Below, in pieces: positions 8,287-16,407 of a DNA stretch of 37,655 bases (positions are counted from its first letter, which is position 1; each line of letters starts with the position of its first letter). Source of the DNA: Candidatus Omnitrophota bacterium (lineage in GTDB: Bacteria > Omnitrophota > Gorgyraeia > Duberdicusellales > 4484-171). A model generated the notes under the pieces. It did not search any database. It had not been told where the DNA came from and saw only the letters and a list, made by a program, of their open reading frames with translations. Location: assembly GCA_020343695.1 (NCBI GenBank), contig CP070807.1, positions 1 to 37,655 on the forward strand, read 5' to 3'. The position numbers and the translations under genes are program-made.

Positions 8287-9051
8287 ATGGCAAGGATTGT
8301 ATTTTTAGGGACGGCGTCGAGTATTCCTACCAGAACACGAGATAACACTTCTTTCCTTTTGACCCATATGAACAAAACTTTTCTTGTAGACTGTCCGGGT
8401 TCGGTTGTCCACAAATTACTTAAAATAGGGGCTGATTTTAAAAAATTGCGCAATGTAATTATTACTCACCAGCATCCCGATCATATCTACGGAATCATCT
8501 CTCTTGTCCACACTCAATGTTATCTCAATGACAAACTGAACATTTTCTCAAACACATACACTATACGGATAATTAAGAAGCTCGTAAAAATCTTTGGTTT
8601 GGGCAAAAAACCATATCCTGCACTACGCTATATCAACGTATTCACCAAACACTCCTTTTATTCCCAGAAGGGTCTAAGCTTGAAGGCAATACACAATGTC
8701 TACATACAGGGCTCTTTTGGAATAAAATGCACTTTTGGCAAAAAATCCCTCCTCTATACATCGGATACCTCTTTTTCACGTAAAATGTTAAAGGCGGCGG
8801 GAAAAGTAAACTATCTCATCCATGACTGTACTGCATCGTCATTGTATTTTAAAAAACACCCTTCCCTTTACCGAATGCATACGCACGCACTCTCACTTAC
8901 GGAATATCTTAAAGATAAACCAACAATAAAACTTATTCCTATCCACTTTCTCCTTTTGAAAAAAGAAGAAGAAGATAGGATAAAGAAAGAACTTTCACCA
9001 TTGAGAAAGCATCTGGTCTTTGTGAAAGATTTCCAGACCCTAGTCCTTTGA
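8287..9051 (+). CDS. MBL-fold metallo-hydrolase (RNase Z/BN-like N-terminus)
   Basis: 254 aa. The N-terminus IVFLGTASSIPTRTRDNTSFLL..FLVDCPGS and the HxHxDH motif (THQHPDH) resemble RNase Z-type beta-lactamase-fold enzymes. Shorter than canonical RNase Z. Confidence 0.65.
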   Translation: MARIVFLGTASSIPTRTRDNTSFLLTHMNKTFLVDCPGSVVHKLLKIGADFKKLRNVIITHQHPDHIYGIISLVHTQCYLNDKLNIFSNTYTIRIIKKLVKIFGLGKKPYPALRYINVFTKHSFYSQKGLSLKAIHNVYIQGSFGIKCTFGKKSLLYTSDTSFSRKMLKAAGKVNYLIHDCTASSLYFKKHPSLYRMHTHALSLTEYLKDKPTIKLIPIHFLLLKKEEEDRIKKELSPLRKHLVFVKDFQTLVL

Positions 9052-9088
9052 CGTCCGCAGGCGATATATTACCCCCAAAGGTGGCGGA

Positions 9089-9742
9089 CTACTTGCTACT
9101 TTGCTTAGGGCTATCTCTGTGAGCAGTTTTAAGGTGGTAGGTAAGGTAAGAAAGTTGGCAGGATAAATCTACATCTTTCGCTATTATGGTATGGGAAAAA
9201 TTCAATTTCAAGGGTGCAAAGTTCAAGATAGCTCTTATGCCGCACCCAGAGAGCCTGCTGGCAATATCTTCTGCCACTTCTTTGGGAACAGTCACAATGC
9301 CTATCTGAACCTTCTCTCTCTTTAATACTTCTTCCATTTTTTCTAAGGGGTAAATCCCTATCCCCTTATACATTCTATTGGTCTTCTTCTCGTCTACATC
9401 AAAGGCAACTTTAATAAATATTCCTTGATCCCGAAATCCCTTATAAAAGGAGAGAGCTCTTCCTAAGTTGCCAAATCCCACAACAGCCGCATACCAATTT
9501 CTATTGAGTCCTAAAATCTCTTTTATCGCTTCGAGGAGCTGAGCACAGGAGTACCCTACTCCCTTTTTACCAAAATGACCAAAGTATGAAAGATCTTTTC
9601 TCAACTGATGGGGACTTATCTTAAGGAACTCGGCGATAGCACGGGAAGAAACAACATCTTTCTTCTCTTCAAGAAAGTAGAGAAGTGCTCTCAGATAATG
9701 CGACAGGCGTAAGATAGTCTCTTCAGGTATCTTTTTTGCCAT
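9089..9742 (-). CDS. rex: redox-sensing transcriptional repressor Rex
   Basis: 217 aa. Winged-helix N-domain (SSRAIAEFLKISPHQLRKDLSYFGHFGKKGVGY) and Rossmann GxGxxG (VVGFGNLGRAL). Ends with a TAG stop. Confidence 0.9.
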   Translation of the reverse strand: MAKKIPEETILRLSHYLRALLYFLEEKKDVVSSRAIAEFLKISPHQLRKDLSYFGHFGKKGVGYSCAQLLEAIKEILGLNRNWYAAVVGFGNLGRALSFYKGFRDQGIFIKVAFDVDEKKTNRMYKGIGIYPLEKMEEVLKREKVQIGIVTVPKEVAEDIASRLSGCGIRAILNFAPLKLNFSHTIIAKDVDLSCQLSYLTYHLKTAHRDSPKQSSK

Positions 9743-9750
9743 GATAATCT

Positions 9751-10473
9751 TTAGGTATCGATTTCTAAATTGCCCCTGAGAAAAACCTCCTCCTCAAAAT
9801 ACACAAGCAACCCTTCGATAAGAGAGCTACTTTTCACATACTCTAAGACTTCATCTACATCTTGCCTCCTCTTGATGCGATTAGAGAGGGCGGTTGCAAA
9901 TCCATCGGCAATAATTGCATCTTTGGCAATAACGGTCACTAAATCTGCTCTTCCTAGATTGAGACTGTGTCCAAAAAACGAAGAGGAAGAAGCAATCCCG
10001 AAAGGAGCACTTTTCTTCTTTATCTTCAATGAGAGACTTTTTAACTTAGATCTTGGGCCTAAATAAACCCCTATTCTTTTATCTTCATCGATCTTTAAAA
10101 AAATATCTCCGCCATTTTCTACAATTACTTCACTCGCATACTGTAAAATCTCCTTTCCCACATAGTGAGCAATTGCTCCTGCCACCGACGAAAAGGGCCC
10201 TATTCCTGAAAGGTGCGAGGAAGAAATCATCTCCTTTACAAGAGGAGGCGCATCTTTATCGTCTTCAATGGGGCAAAGCGCAGTCAAAAAGAGAGGATTC
10301 TTTTTTATGTACCGTTCTATTTCTTCATAGTATTTTTTTAAAATGCTCTGAACAAATTCCTTATCGACTTCTGTATCAGTGGAAATGAGAAGATCGCTTT
10401 CTTTATAGGAAACTTCTAGGCGGGATTGCGAAAGGGTATAGTCTCTGTAAAATCTTTCTTCGTACATATTCAA
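9751..10473 (-). CDS. UPF0280 / ApbE-superfamily protein
   Basis: 240 aa. Motifs GPFSSVAGAIAHYV and VIVENGGDIF, plus GRADLVTVIAKDAIIADGFATAL, as in UPF0280 proteins. 4-nt overlap with upstream hypE. Confidence 0.55.
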   Translation of the reverse strand: MNMYEERFYRDYTLSQSRLEVSYKESDLLISTDTEVDKEFVQSILKKYYEEIERYIKKNPLFLTALCPIEDDKDAPPLVKEMISSSHLSGIGPFSSVAGAIAHYVGKEILQYASEVIVENGGDIFLKIDEDKRIGVYLGPRSKLKSLSLKIKKKSAPFGIASSSSFFGHSLNLGRADLVTVIAKDAIIADGFATALSNRIKRRQDVDEVLEYVKSSSLIEGLLVYFEEEVFLRGNLEIDT

Positions 10474-11453
10474 CAGATACGGGGTAGATTAAAAGAGTGG
10501 GAAAAATCAAGAATTCGTTCTCCTCCTGAAACCGTCTCCATTACTACCCCCTTGAGCCTGGAGTCAACTTCACCAACAATTGCTGCTTGGGGACACTTTT
10601 TTTTAATAAATTTGAGAACATCTCTTGCCGAGGACTTATCCGCTACGATAACCGCTCTTCCCTCACAGGCAAGATAGTAAGGGTCAATTCCTAAAATATC
10701 ACAGGCTGCTTGAACATCCTTCCTCAAAGGAATGTTCTCCTCAAATATTTTTATGCCGCGCTGTGAGCCTAAATATATCTCATTGAATGTGGCGGCAATT
10801 CCCCCGCGCGTGGGATCGCGCATAAAATGGACAGAAGAAAACTCTTTCCACAGCGGAATCAATATATCCTTAAGGCTCTGACAATCACTCTCTATGCGAA
10901 AATCAAATATTTTCTTTCGGCTCAACATCACGCTTATTCCATGCTCTCCAATCGCACCCGTAAGAATTATCTTATCTTTATCTTTTATGTGTTTAAACGA
11001 GGGGCTTTTGTTAGTAATTCTTTTGCCTATCCCTGAGGTGCTGATAAAAATTTTGTCTATCTTACCCTTCTCTACAACCTTAAAATCTCCTCCCACAACT
11101 TCTACCTCTGCCTTGCGTGATGCCTGCCCTATTGATTGTGCGATCCTCTCTAAATCTCTCCTGAAGAAACCTTCTTCAACAATGACCGCAACGCTTAAGT
11201 AGAGAGGGCTGCCTGCGCTCACGCAAATGTCATTTACCGTGCCAAAAATAGAGAGTTTACCTATATCTGAAGAAGGGAAAAAAATGGGCTTTACCGTAAA
11301 GGAATCACAACTGAATACATAGCTGCCAATATGTGCTGCATCGAGGAGCTCTCCCAATGGGGGCCGAGAGATTCTCTTCAGGAAAACCTCATTGATCAGC
11401 TCAAAAGAGGCACGCATTCCTTCGCCGTGTTTTAAGCTTATTCTTTCTCTCAT
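10470..11453 (-). CDS. hypE: hydrogenase maturation protein HypE (carbamoyl dehydratase), PurM/ThiL superfamily
   Basis: 327 aa. ISLKHGEG N-terminus, FGTVNDICVSAG, GGDFKVVEKGKIDKIFISTSGIG, and the diagnostic extreme C-terminus PRIC, whose Cys carries the thiocyanate in HypE. Confidence 0.7.
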   Translation of the reverse strand: MRERISLKHGEGMRASFELINEVFLKRISRPPLGELLDAAHIGSYVFSCDSFTVKPIFFPSSDIGKLSIFGTVNDICVSAGSPLYLSVAVIVEEGFFRRDLERIAQSIGQASRKAEVEVVGGDFKVVEKGKIDKIFISTSGIGKRITNKSPSFKHIKDKDKIILTGAIGEHGISVMLSRKKIFDFRIESDCQSLKDILIPLWKEFSSVHFMRDPTRGGIAATFNEIYLGSQRGIKIFEENIPLRKDVQAACDILGIDPYYLACEGRAVIVADKSSARDVLKFIKKKCPQAAIVGEVDSRLKGVVMETVSGGERILDFSHSFNLPRIC

Positions 11454-11483
11454 CGCTCTATGTGTGGTCTTTTTAATTATGTA

Positions 11484-12122
11484 TTATCGCTGGTACTGCA
11501 ATACAACCACTCTTTTAAAAGAGTGTATATTCTGAAGGTTCACCTCCAATGATTCTCTTTTTTCATAGTCTTTATCTTTAAGAAATTTCTCTACCCAATC
11601 AATTCCAAATCCCAGTTTTGGAGTCTTAAAGTGCATAGGCACCACTATTTGAGGGTTCAGTTTCTGGGTAAGCTCGGTCGCCTCATTGGCACCAATCGTA
11701 AATGTTCCTCCCACAGGCACCAAAGCTATATCAAGGGTACTTAACTGGGAGGGGTCGATATCAAGAGTACCTAAATCTCCGAAGTGAGCAACGCAAAGGT
11801 CATCTACACGAATAATAAAAATTATGTTCTTTCCGCGCTCAGCTCCCTGTTGGTCATCATGAAAAGTAGGAATCCCCTCTAATTCTGCATCGGCTATGGT
11901 AAACTTTCCCGCTCTGTCAACAATTTCTGCCTTCAAAAAGGGTTGGGTATAATTGTGATCCGCGTGCTTATGGGATACTGTGATAATGTCTGGTTCAACT
12001 TCTAAAGGGCCGTATCCAACTGCGCCGGCATAACTTTTTGGCTCATAGGGATCGGTGAGTATCTTTGTTCCCTTTTCTGTTTCCAATAAAAAACAAGAAT
12101 GCCCCATCCATGTTATTTTCAT
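11484..12122 (-). CDS. MBL-fold metal-dependent hydrolase (UPF0173-like)
   Basis: 212 aa. The MKITWMGHSCFLLE..ILTDPY N-terminus and SHKHADH motif are typical of the UPF0173 beta-lactamase-fold family. Confidence 0.7.
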   Translation of the reverse strand: MKITWMGHSCFLLETEKGTKILTDPYEPKSYAGAVGYGPLEVEPDIITVSHKHADHNYTQPFLKAEIVDRAGKFTIADAELEGIPTFHDDQQGAERGKNIIFIIRVDDLCVAHFGDLGTLDIDPSQLSTLDIALVPVGGTFTIGANEATELTQKLNPQIVVPMHFKTPKLGFGIDWVEKFLKDKDYEKRESLEVNLQNIHSFKRVVVLQYQR

Positions 12123-12184
12123 ATTTTACCCCCTTTTTGCACAATCTACCTCAATCTTCGTAAAACTCCTTGTATTACGTAATT

Positions 12185-12212
12185 AGTATATAATCTCTTT
12201 TGAAGAATGCAA
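12185..12212 (-). promoter_or_regulatory. sigma70-like promoter (TTGCAT-16-TATACT) for the MBL-hypE-UPF0280-rex block
   Basis: Minus strand -35 at 12212-12207 and -10 at 12190-12185. This separates the paralog island from the downstream genes. Confidence 0.4.
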
Positions 12213-12289
12213 GAGTGATGAATAAAAGGTCACATCGCACCGAGGGCATCTTGAATTGAAACAAAGGGGCTAAAAGAGGGGGTTTACGA

Positions 12290-12982
12290 TTAAGGCTCAA
12301 AGGCAATTACAGAAACAGTCTGGTTATTCGGTATTGAATAATTGGGGTCATGTGTGGTAAGGACTATTTCGGCCTGCGTCCGTGTCGGTGGCGAATCGCT
12401 TCTAAAAGTTATCCTCGCCGAGCATGAAGCAGGATAGGAACCGGAAGTGCCTGTACATACTACAATGGGATTGCTCGTAAACTGATCACCAGGAAAATAG
12501 ATTGTCTTCACGCACCAGTTTTTTGTAGAGGCACAATCCCAGGTGTTATAATTCATAGGCAACCTCATTATCAGCATATTTTTTGCTTTAACTTTCCCAT
12601 GCACATCAAGGGCATAGTTTGAATCTGGATTGCGTGTGTTAATACCGACATTCTCTATACCCAGGGCAGGGTTAGGATACACATTATTTTCTGAACGGCT
12701 CCATAAGCCGCCTGCTCCTACCCCAACCCAACTGCCGCCATCACCATTACACACATAGACTTTTTTGTTGGTTTTATGATAGAACATATCTCCTTGCTTA
12801 TCGCACCGTAAACCTATATTTATATCATCTCTTGGATAAAGGCGCATCATCTTGTATCTTCCAAGCGCTGAAGGATAAAACGTGGTAAGGGTAATATTCT
12901 GTTCTTGGGCACAGCAGATACCCACAGAGGCCACTAACCCCACAAGAATAATTATTACACTTACCCAGCTATATCGCTTCAT
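12290..12982 (-). CDS. secreted LTT[YF]YP-motif fibre-like protein, type A (paralog 1)
   Basis: 230 aa with SD GAGGAG. Signal peptide ..VASVGICCA|QE, N-motif ITLTTFYPSALGRY, RLYP, C..GDMFY..VYVCNG..SW, VGINTRNPDSNYALDVHGKVKA, a 4-Cys C-domain (NPIVVC), and C-terminus VIAFEP. Confidence 0.8.
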   Translation of the reverse strand: MKRYSWVSVIIILVGLVASVGICCAQEQNITLTTFYPSALGRYKMMRLYPRDDINIGLRCDKQGDMFYHKTNKKVYVCNGDGGSWVGVGAGGLWSRSENNVYPNPALGIENVGINTRNPDSNYALDVHGKVKAKNMLIMRLPMNYNTWDCASTKNWCVKTIYFPGDQFTSNPIVVCTGTSGSYPASCSARITFRSDSPPTRTQAEIVLTTHDPNYSIPNNQTVSVIAFEP

Positions 12983-12993
12983 ACTGTTCTCCT

Positions 12994-13779
12994 CTACTCT
13001 GTCGCCTCAATGGCAATTATCTGAACCCACTTATCACCCACCATTGGAGACGAAACATATCGAGTAGTTCCAATACCTACTGTTACGTTCGTTCTGGTAA
13101 CACTCCTGATAGAACACATTACTCCTCCGTGCGGATTTTGCCTGCAGTGAGGCAGACCCCTGGGGTCAGTATCAAGACGCACTCGTGGCCCGGCATTACA
13201 CATCACAATCGGTGGCCTATCGAATGTTCTGCCAAAAGGTATGGTATAATCACATTGGATGCATTGAGGAGTTTGGTGGCAGAAGCGACCGATTGTACAA
13301 CATGTAGGAAGCCCCCCTAGATGTATTGCGGCAATGTTGTGTGCTTTAAATTTCCCCCCTACATGGAGGGCGTAATCGGGATCTAGAGTACCAATTCCCA
13401 CATAATCTACGCCCAGCGTAGGTTCAGGATAAAGGTCATTACCTGAAAGCGTCCAGTACGAATCTCCTCCCACTTCCTGCCAATTACTTCCGTCATATGC
13501 ATAGATGATATCGTCATCTTCATTGTAGTACATATCTCCTTCGGCTATCTTCCCAGGAGCAAGGTCTGGATCAGTTGCGTGATTAGTAGGAGAAAGCCTA
13601 AGCATTTTAAATTCACCGTAGGGGGCAGGGTAATAGGTAGTCAAAGAAATCTCGCCTTGGCCTTCTTGAGCAAAACACAGGCTACCTGCAACAGCCCACA
13701 GGAGAATGAATCCCAATGCGCAGACGAATTGCACGATATGTTGTACTTTTTTATTGCTCATTCTTTTTCCTACCTTCAT
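12994..13779 (-). CDS. secreted LTT[YF]YP-motif fibre-like protein, type A (paralog 2)
   Basis: 261 aa with SD GAAGGAAAA. Signal peptide ..AGSLCFA|QE, N-motif ISLTTYYPAPYGEF, RLSP, GDMYY..YDGSNW, VGIGTLDPDYALHVGGKFKA, a 10-Cys C-domain (PPIVMC), and C-terminus IIAIEATE. The start could be Met7. Confidence 0.8.
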   Translation of the reverse strand: MKVGKRMSNKKVQHIVQFVCALGFILLWAVAGSLCFAQEGQGEISLTTYYPAPYGEFKMLRLSPTNHATDPDLAPGKIAEGDMYYNEDDDIIYAYDGSNWQEVGGDSYWTLSGNDLYPEPTLGVDYVGIGTLDPDYALHVGGKFKAHNIAAIHLGGLPTCCTIGRFCHQTPQCIQCDYTIPFGRTFDRPPIVMCNAGPRVRLDTDPRGLPHCRQNPHGGVMCSIRSVTRTNVTVGIGTTRYVSSPMVGDKWVQIIAIEATE

Positions 13780-13817
13780 GCGTTTTCCTTCTATTTGTCC
13801 ATTTCTTGAGCGGTAAA

Positions 13818-14528
13818 TTACGGTTCAATCGCAATAATATGGATATCAATATTTCCCCCGATGTTGACGCTTGAAAAATGTTTTTGGGGATGTGAAGTGA
13901 GTGCGACCTCAACCGTGGTTTCTTGCCTGTGTGGATTTGTCGTTACTCTCTCTACTGCGCACCCCAACAATTGTCGACCGCCCCTTCCACCGGAAGCAGC
14001 CAGATTCACTGTGGGCGTACAGAACACCGCTGGATTTGTCATTATCTTAGAAAAGGTTATCGCATAATTGCGGCATATGGTTCTGTTGCAGCCAGCGACG
14101 GTCACCTTTTTTGCCGAAATACTACTCGCCTTCAATTTTCCATCCACGTCTAACTTGTAGCCTGCGGCTGGATTATCTGTTCCTATTCCCACATTCCAAT
14201 TGGTATCCTCCAGATAAAGATCATCTCCTTTAAGCTGCCATAACGAACCTGCTCCCAGAGGTACCCAGGAAGTTCCGTTACATAACAATACTTGATCAAG
14301 ACTTTCACGGTAATACATTGCACCCTCATTAACAGCAGAACAATCTGCATCTGTAGGAGCTTCTGCGTCAGAGATAGGGTGCAGTTTTAATACTTCATAG
14401 ACTCCATAGGGGGCAGGATAGAAAGTGGTAAGGGTGAGTTTATCTGGGTCGCCTTGGGCAAGGCAGATAATAGGCAAAAACCCTAAAAAAACGACAAAAA
14501 TCGCAATCCCTATTTTACACCGTGGCAT
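13818..14528 (-). CDS. secreted LTT[YF]YP-motif fibre-like protein, type A (paralog 3)
   Basis: 236 aa with SD GGGGGGA. Signal peptide ..LPIICLA|QG, N-motif LTLTTFYPAPYGVY, KLHP, C..GAMYY..LLCNGTSW, VGIGTDNPAAGYKLDVDGKLKA, a 4-Cys C-domain (NPAVFC), and C-terminus IIAIEP. Confidence 0.8.
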   Translation of the reverse strand: MPRCKIGIAIFVVFLGFLPIICLAQGDPDKLTLTTFYPAPYGVYEVLKLHPISDAEAPTDADCSAVNEGAMYYRESLDQVLLCNGTSWVPLGAGSLWQLKGDDLYLEDTNWNVGIGTDNPAAGYKLDVDGKLKASSISAKKVTVAGCNRTICRNYAITFSKIMTNPAVFCTPTVNLAASGGRGGRQLLGCAVERVTTNPHRQETTVEVALTSHPQKHFSSVNIGGNIDIHIIAIEP

Positions 14529-14557
14529 TTCATCCCCCCATTTGGCTTAACCATATA

Positions 14558-14586
14558 TATATACCATATATCTGCTTATTTATCAA
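14558..14586 (-). promoter_or_regulatory. candidate internal promoter for the type A genes (TTGATA-17-TATATA)
   Basis: Minus strand -35 at 14586-14581, a 17-nt spacer, and -10 at 14563-14558 lying inside a (TA)5 tract. It sits in the only sizeable gap (210 nt) within the island. Confidence 0.35.
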
Positions 14587-14738
14587 GAGGACATACCACC
14601 TTACCAGAAAATGCTTATATATTATAAGAGAATATTAACCAAATCGCTTTGCAAGAGATATAAAGGGGGATTCTAAGGGTGGGCCTGCTGAGATACGATA
14701 TTGAAGGTATTATTAGAGGGTAAGAAATCAATAAACAA

Positions 14739-15548
14739 TCACTGCAGTTGGGTACAAATTAAACCAATCCGCCTGATTCTTCCGGAAAAATGGTTACAGG
14801 ACCAGGGGCAACCGCCAACAGCATACAGTCTTACTCCTGTGACCACATGGTTGGCAGGACAATCCACATCGGCGCCTACGATGATGTTACCTCCGCTGGT
14901 TCTGCCATTCGATCTAAGAAAACCAGATAACACTTCTTGGCAATCTGGCCCTACTGCTCCTCCTCCCAAATCCTGACACTGGCCAATTTGACCGCCACCG
15001 CCCCCACCTAACGGGACCCAGCTAACACCATTATGATATTTCAATATCTCCTCATCGCCATCGTAATAGAGAGCTCCTTCCACTGAGTGGACAGACGTAG
15101 AGGATGGTCGCAGGCGCAGAACATTAGCGATTTCTAAATCAGTATAGGGTGACCTAGCAAGCTCGACACTCACGCCGCCCTCAACAAGGAGTCCATTTGA
15201 AGGAGCTGTTCTTGCTCCTGCATACCCTGAACCAATGACTGCCCCGCCAGAAACAGCGAGTTTGCCTTGAGGGGTGTTTGTGCCAATTCCCATAGTTCCG
15301 GCAATCCAGACCTCTCCGGGATTGGTGCTGGGATCAGGAGCATCATTGCGGCGAATCCTTGTATCTACAACATTATCTCCTACCCCTAAAGTACCCAACA
15401 CGAGCCGGCGATATACACCTCGAGAAGAAGGATAAAAGGTAGTAAACGTTAAATTCTCCTCCTCACAAAATACTGAGTCAGAAAGAAAACCCACGAAGGC
15501 AGAAGTGCATATCACAATTGCACAACAGTGAAAAAGTAATTTTCTCAT
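14739..15548 (-). CDS. secreted LTT[YF]YP-motif fibre-like protein, type B (paralog 4)
   Basis: 269 aa with SD GGAGG. Signal peptide, then N-motif LTFTTFYPSSRGVY, DAPDPSTNPGEVWIAG, MGIGTNTPQGKLAVSGGAVIGSGYAG, GLLVEG, LRLRP, GALYYDGDEEILKYHNGVSWVPL, a Gly run, and the terminal 4-Cys module CPANHVVTGVRLY..CPWSC..IGLIC. Confidence 0.8.
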   Translation of the reverse strand: MRKLLFHCCAIVICTSAFVGFLSDSVFCEEENLTFTTFYPSSRGVYRRLVLGTLGVGDNVVDTRIRRNDAPDPSTNPGEVWIAGTMGIGTNTPQGKLAVSGGAVIGSGYAGARTAPSNGLLVEGGVSVELARSPYTDLEIANVLRLRPSSTSVHSVEGALYYDGDEEILKYHNGVSWVPLGGGGGGQIGQCQDLGGGAVGPDCQEVLSGFLRSNGRTSGGNIIVGADVDCPANHVVTGVRLYAVGGCPWSCNHFSGRIRRIGLICTQLQ

Positions 15549-15567
15549 CCTTACTGCCTCCTCTAAA

Positions 15568-16407
15568 TCAGTTCTCGAACGGAAAACAATCTATACCAAT
15601 ACGCCGAATGCTGATATAGTCTGAGCCGCACGAACCATCACAGTGATTCTGAGTATAAAATCTTAGTCCTGCCATGACTTCCCCATTTGGACAGCTCAGT
15701 TGCGCACCTACATAGGTTGACTCCCGGCGATTATCTGCTGCTGAAGGCCTCTGGCAGCAAGGGTCACCATCGCTTGCAGGATTTCCAGAGGTATTAGCAC
15801 GCTGCTCAGCTGTAGGGGGTAGTGAGCTTATAGGCACCCATGCTGTCCCATTAAAGTATTTAAAAACATCCTCACCTTCATCATAATACATAGCTCCCCT
15901 CCAAGTCTGAGGAGGTGAAGCAAGAGGCGGTTGTCTCACTGGGGTCAGTCGCACAGTATTATTGACTTCTAAATCAGCGCGAGGGCTTGGTGCAGATGTA
16001 CCAATAGCAAAATTGCCATCAATTAATAATCCCTCTGAGGGAGCTGTCCGAATTCCTGCATACCCTGAACCAATGACCACTCCTCCAGCAACATCTAATT
16101 TATTCTGAGGATTTGTTGTGTCAATTCCCACATTGCCAGCAATCCAGACATCTCCAGGATTGGTGGCGGGGTCTGGTATATCGCTATCGCCTATACCTCC
16201 GCCATCAATGTCTCCTATTCCTAATACGTTTGTGGCAAATCGATTATACACACCGACTGGAGCAGGGTAGTATGTGGTGAGGGAAATTTCTCCTGGTTCC
16301 TGGCTGAAGACTGAAAGAGATGCAAGCATAACCAAAGAAAATGTGAAAATCGACAAAAGATGAAACACTATTCTTCTTCTCATGCTTGCTCTCCCTTTAC
16401 AGTTCAT
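15568..16407 (-). CDS. secreted LTT[YF]YP-motif fibre-like protein, type B (paralog 5)
   Basis: 279 aa, with its ATG overlapping the paralog 6 stop (ATGA). N-motif ISLTTYYPAPVGVY, DIPDPATNPGDVWIAG, VGIDTTNPQNKLDVAGGVVIGSGYAG, a second AIGTSAPSPRADLEV repeat, GAMYYDEGEDVFKYFNGTAWVPI, and the terminal CPNGEVMAGLRFY..CDGSC..IGIDC. Confidence 0.8.
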   Translation of the reverse strand: MNCKGRASMRRRIVFHLLSIFTFSLVMLASLSVFSQEPGEISLTTYYPAPVGVYNRFATNVLGIGDIDGGGIGDSDIPDPATNPGDVWIAGNVGIDTTNPQNKLDVAGGVVIGSGYAGIRTAPSEGLLIDGNFAIGTSAPSPRADLEVNNTVRLTPVRQPPLASPPQTWRGAMYYDEGEDVFKYFNGTAWVPISSLPPTAEQRANTSGNPASDGDPCCQRPSAADNRRESTYVGAQLSCPNGEVMAGLRFYTQNHCDGSCGSDYISIRRIGIDCFPFEN

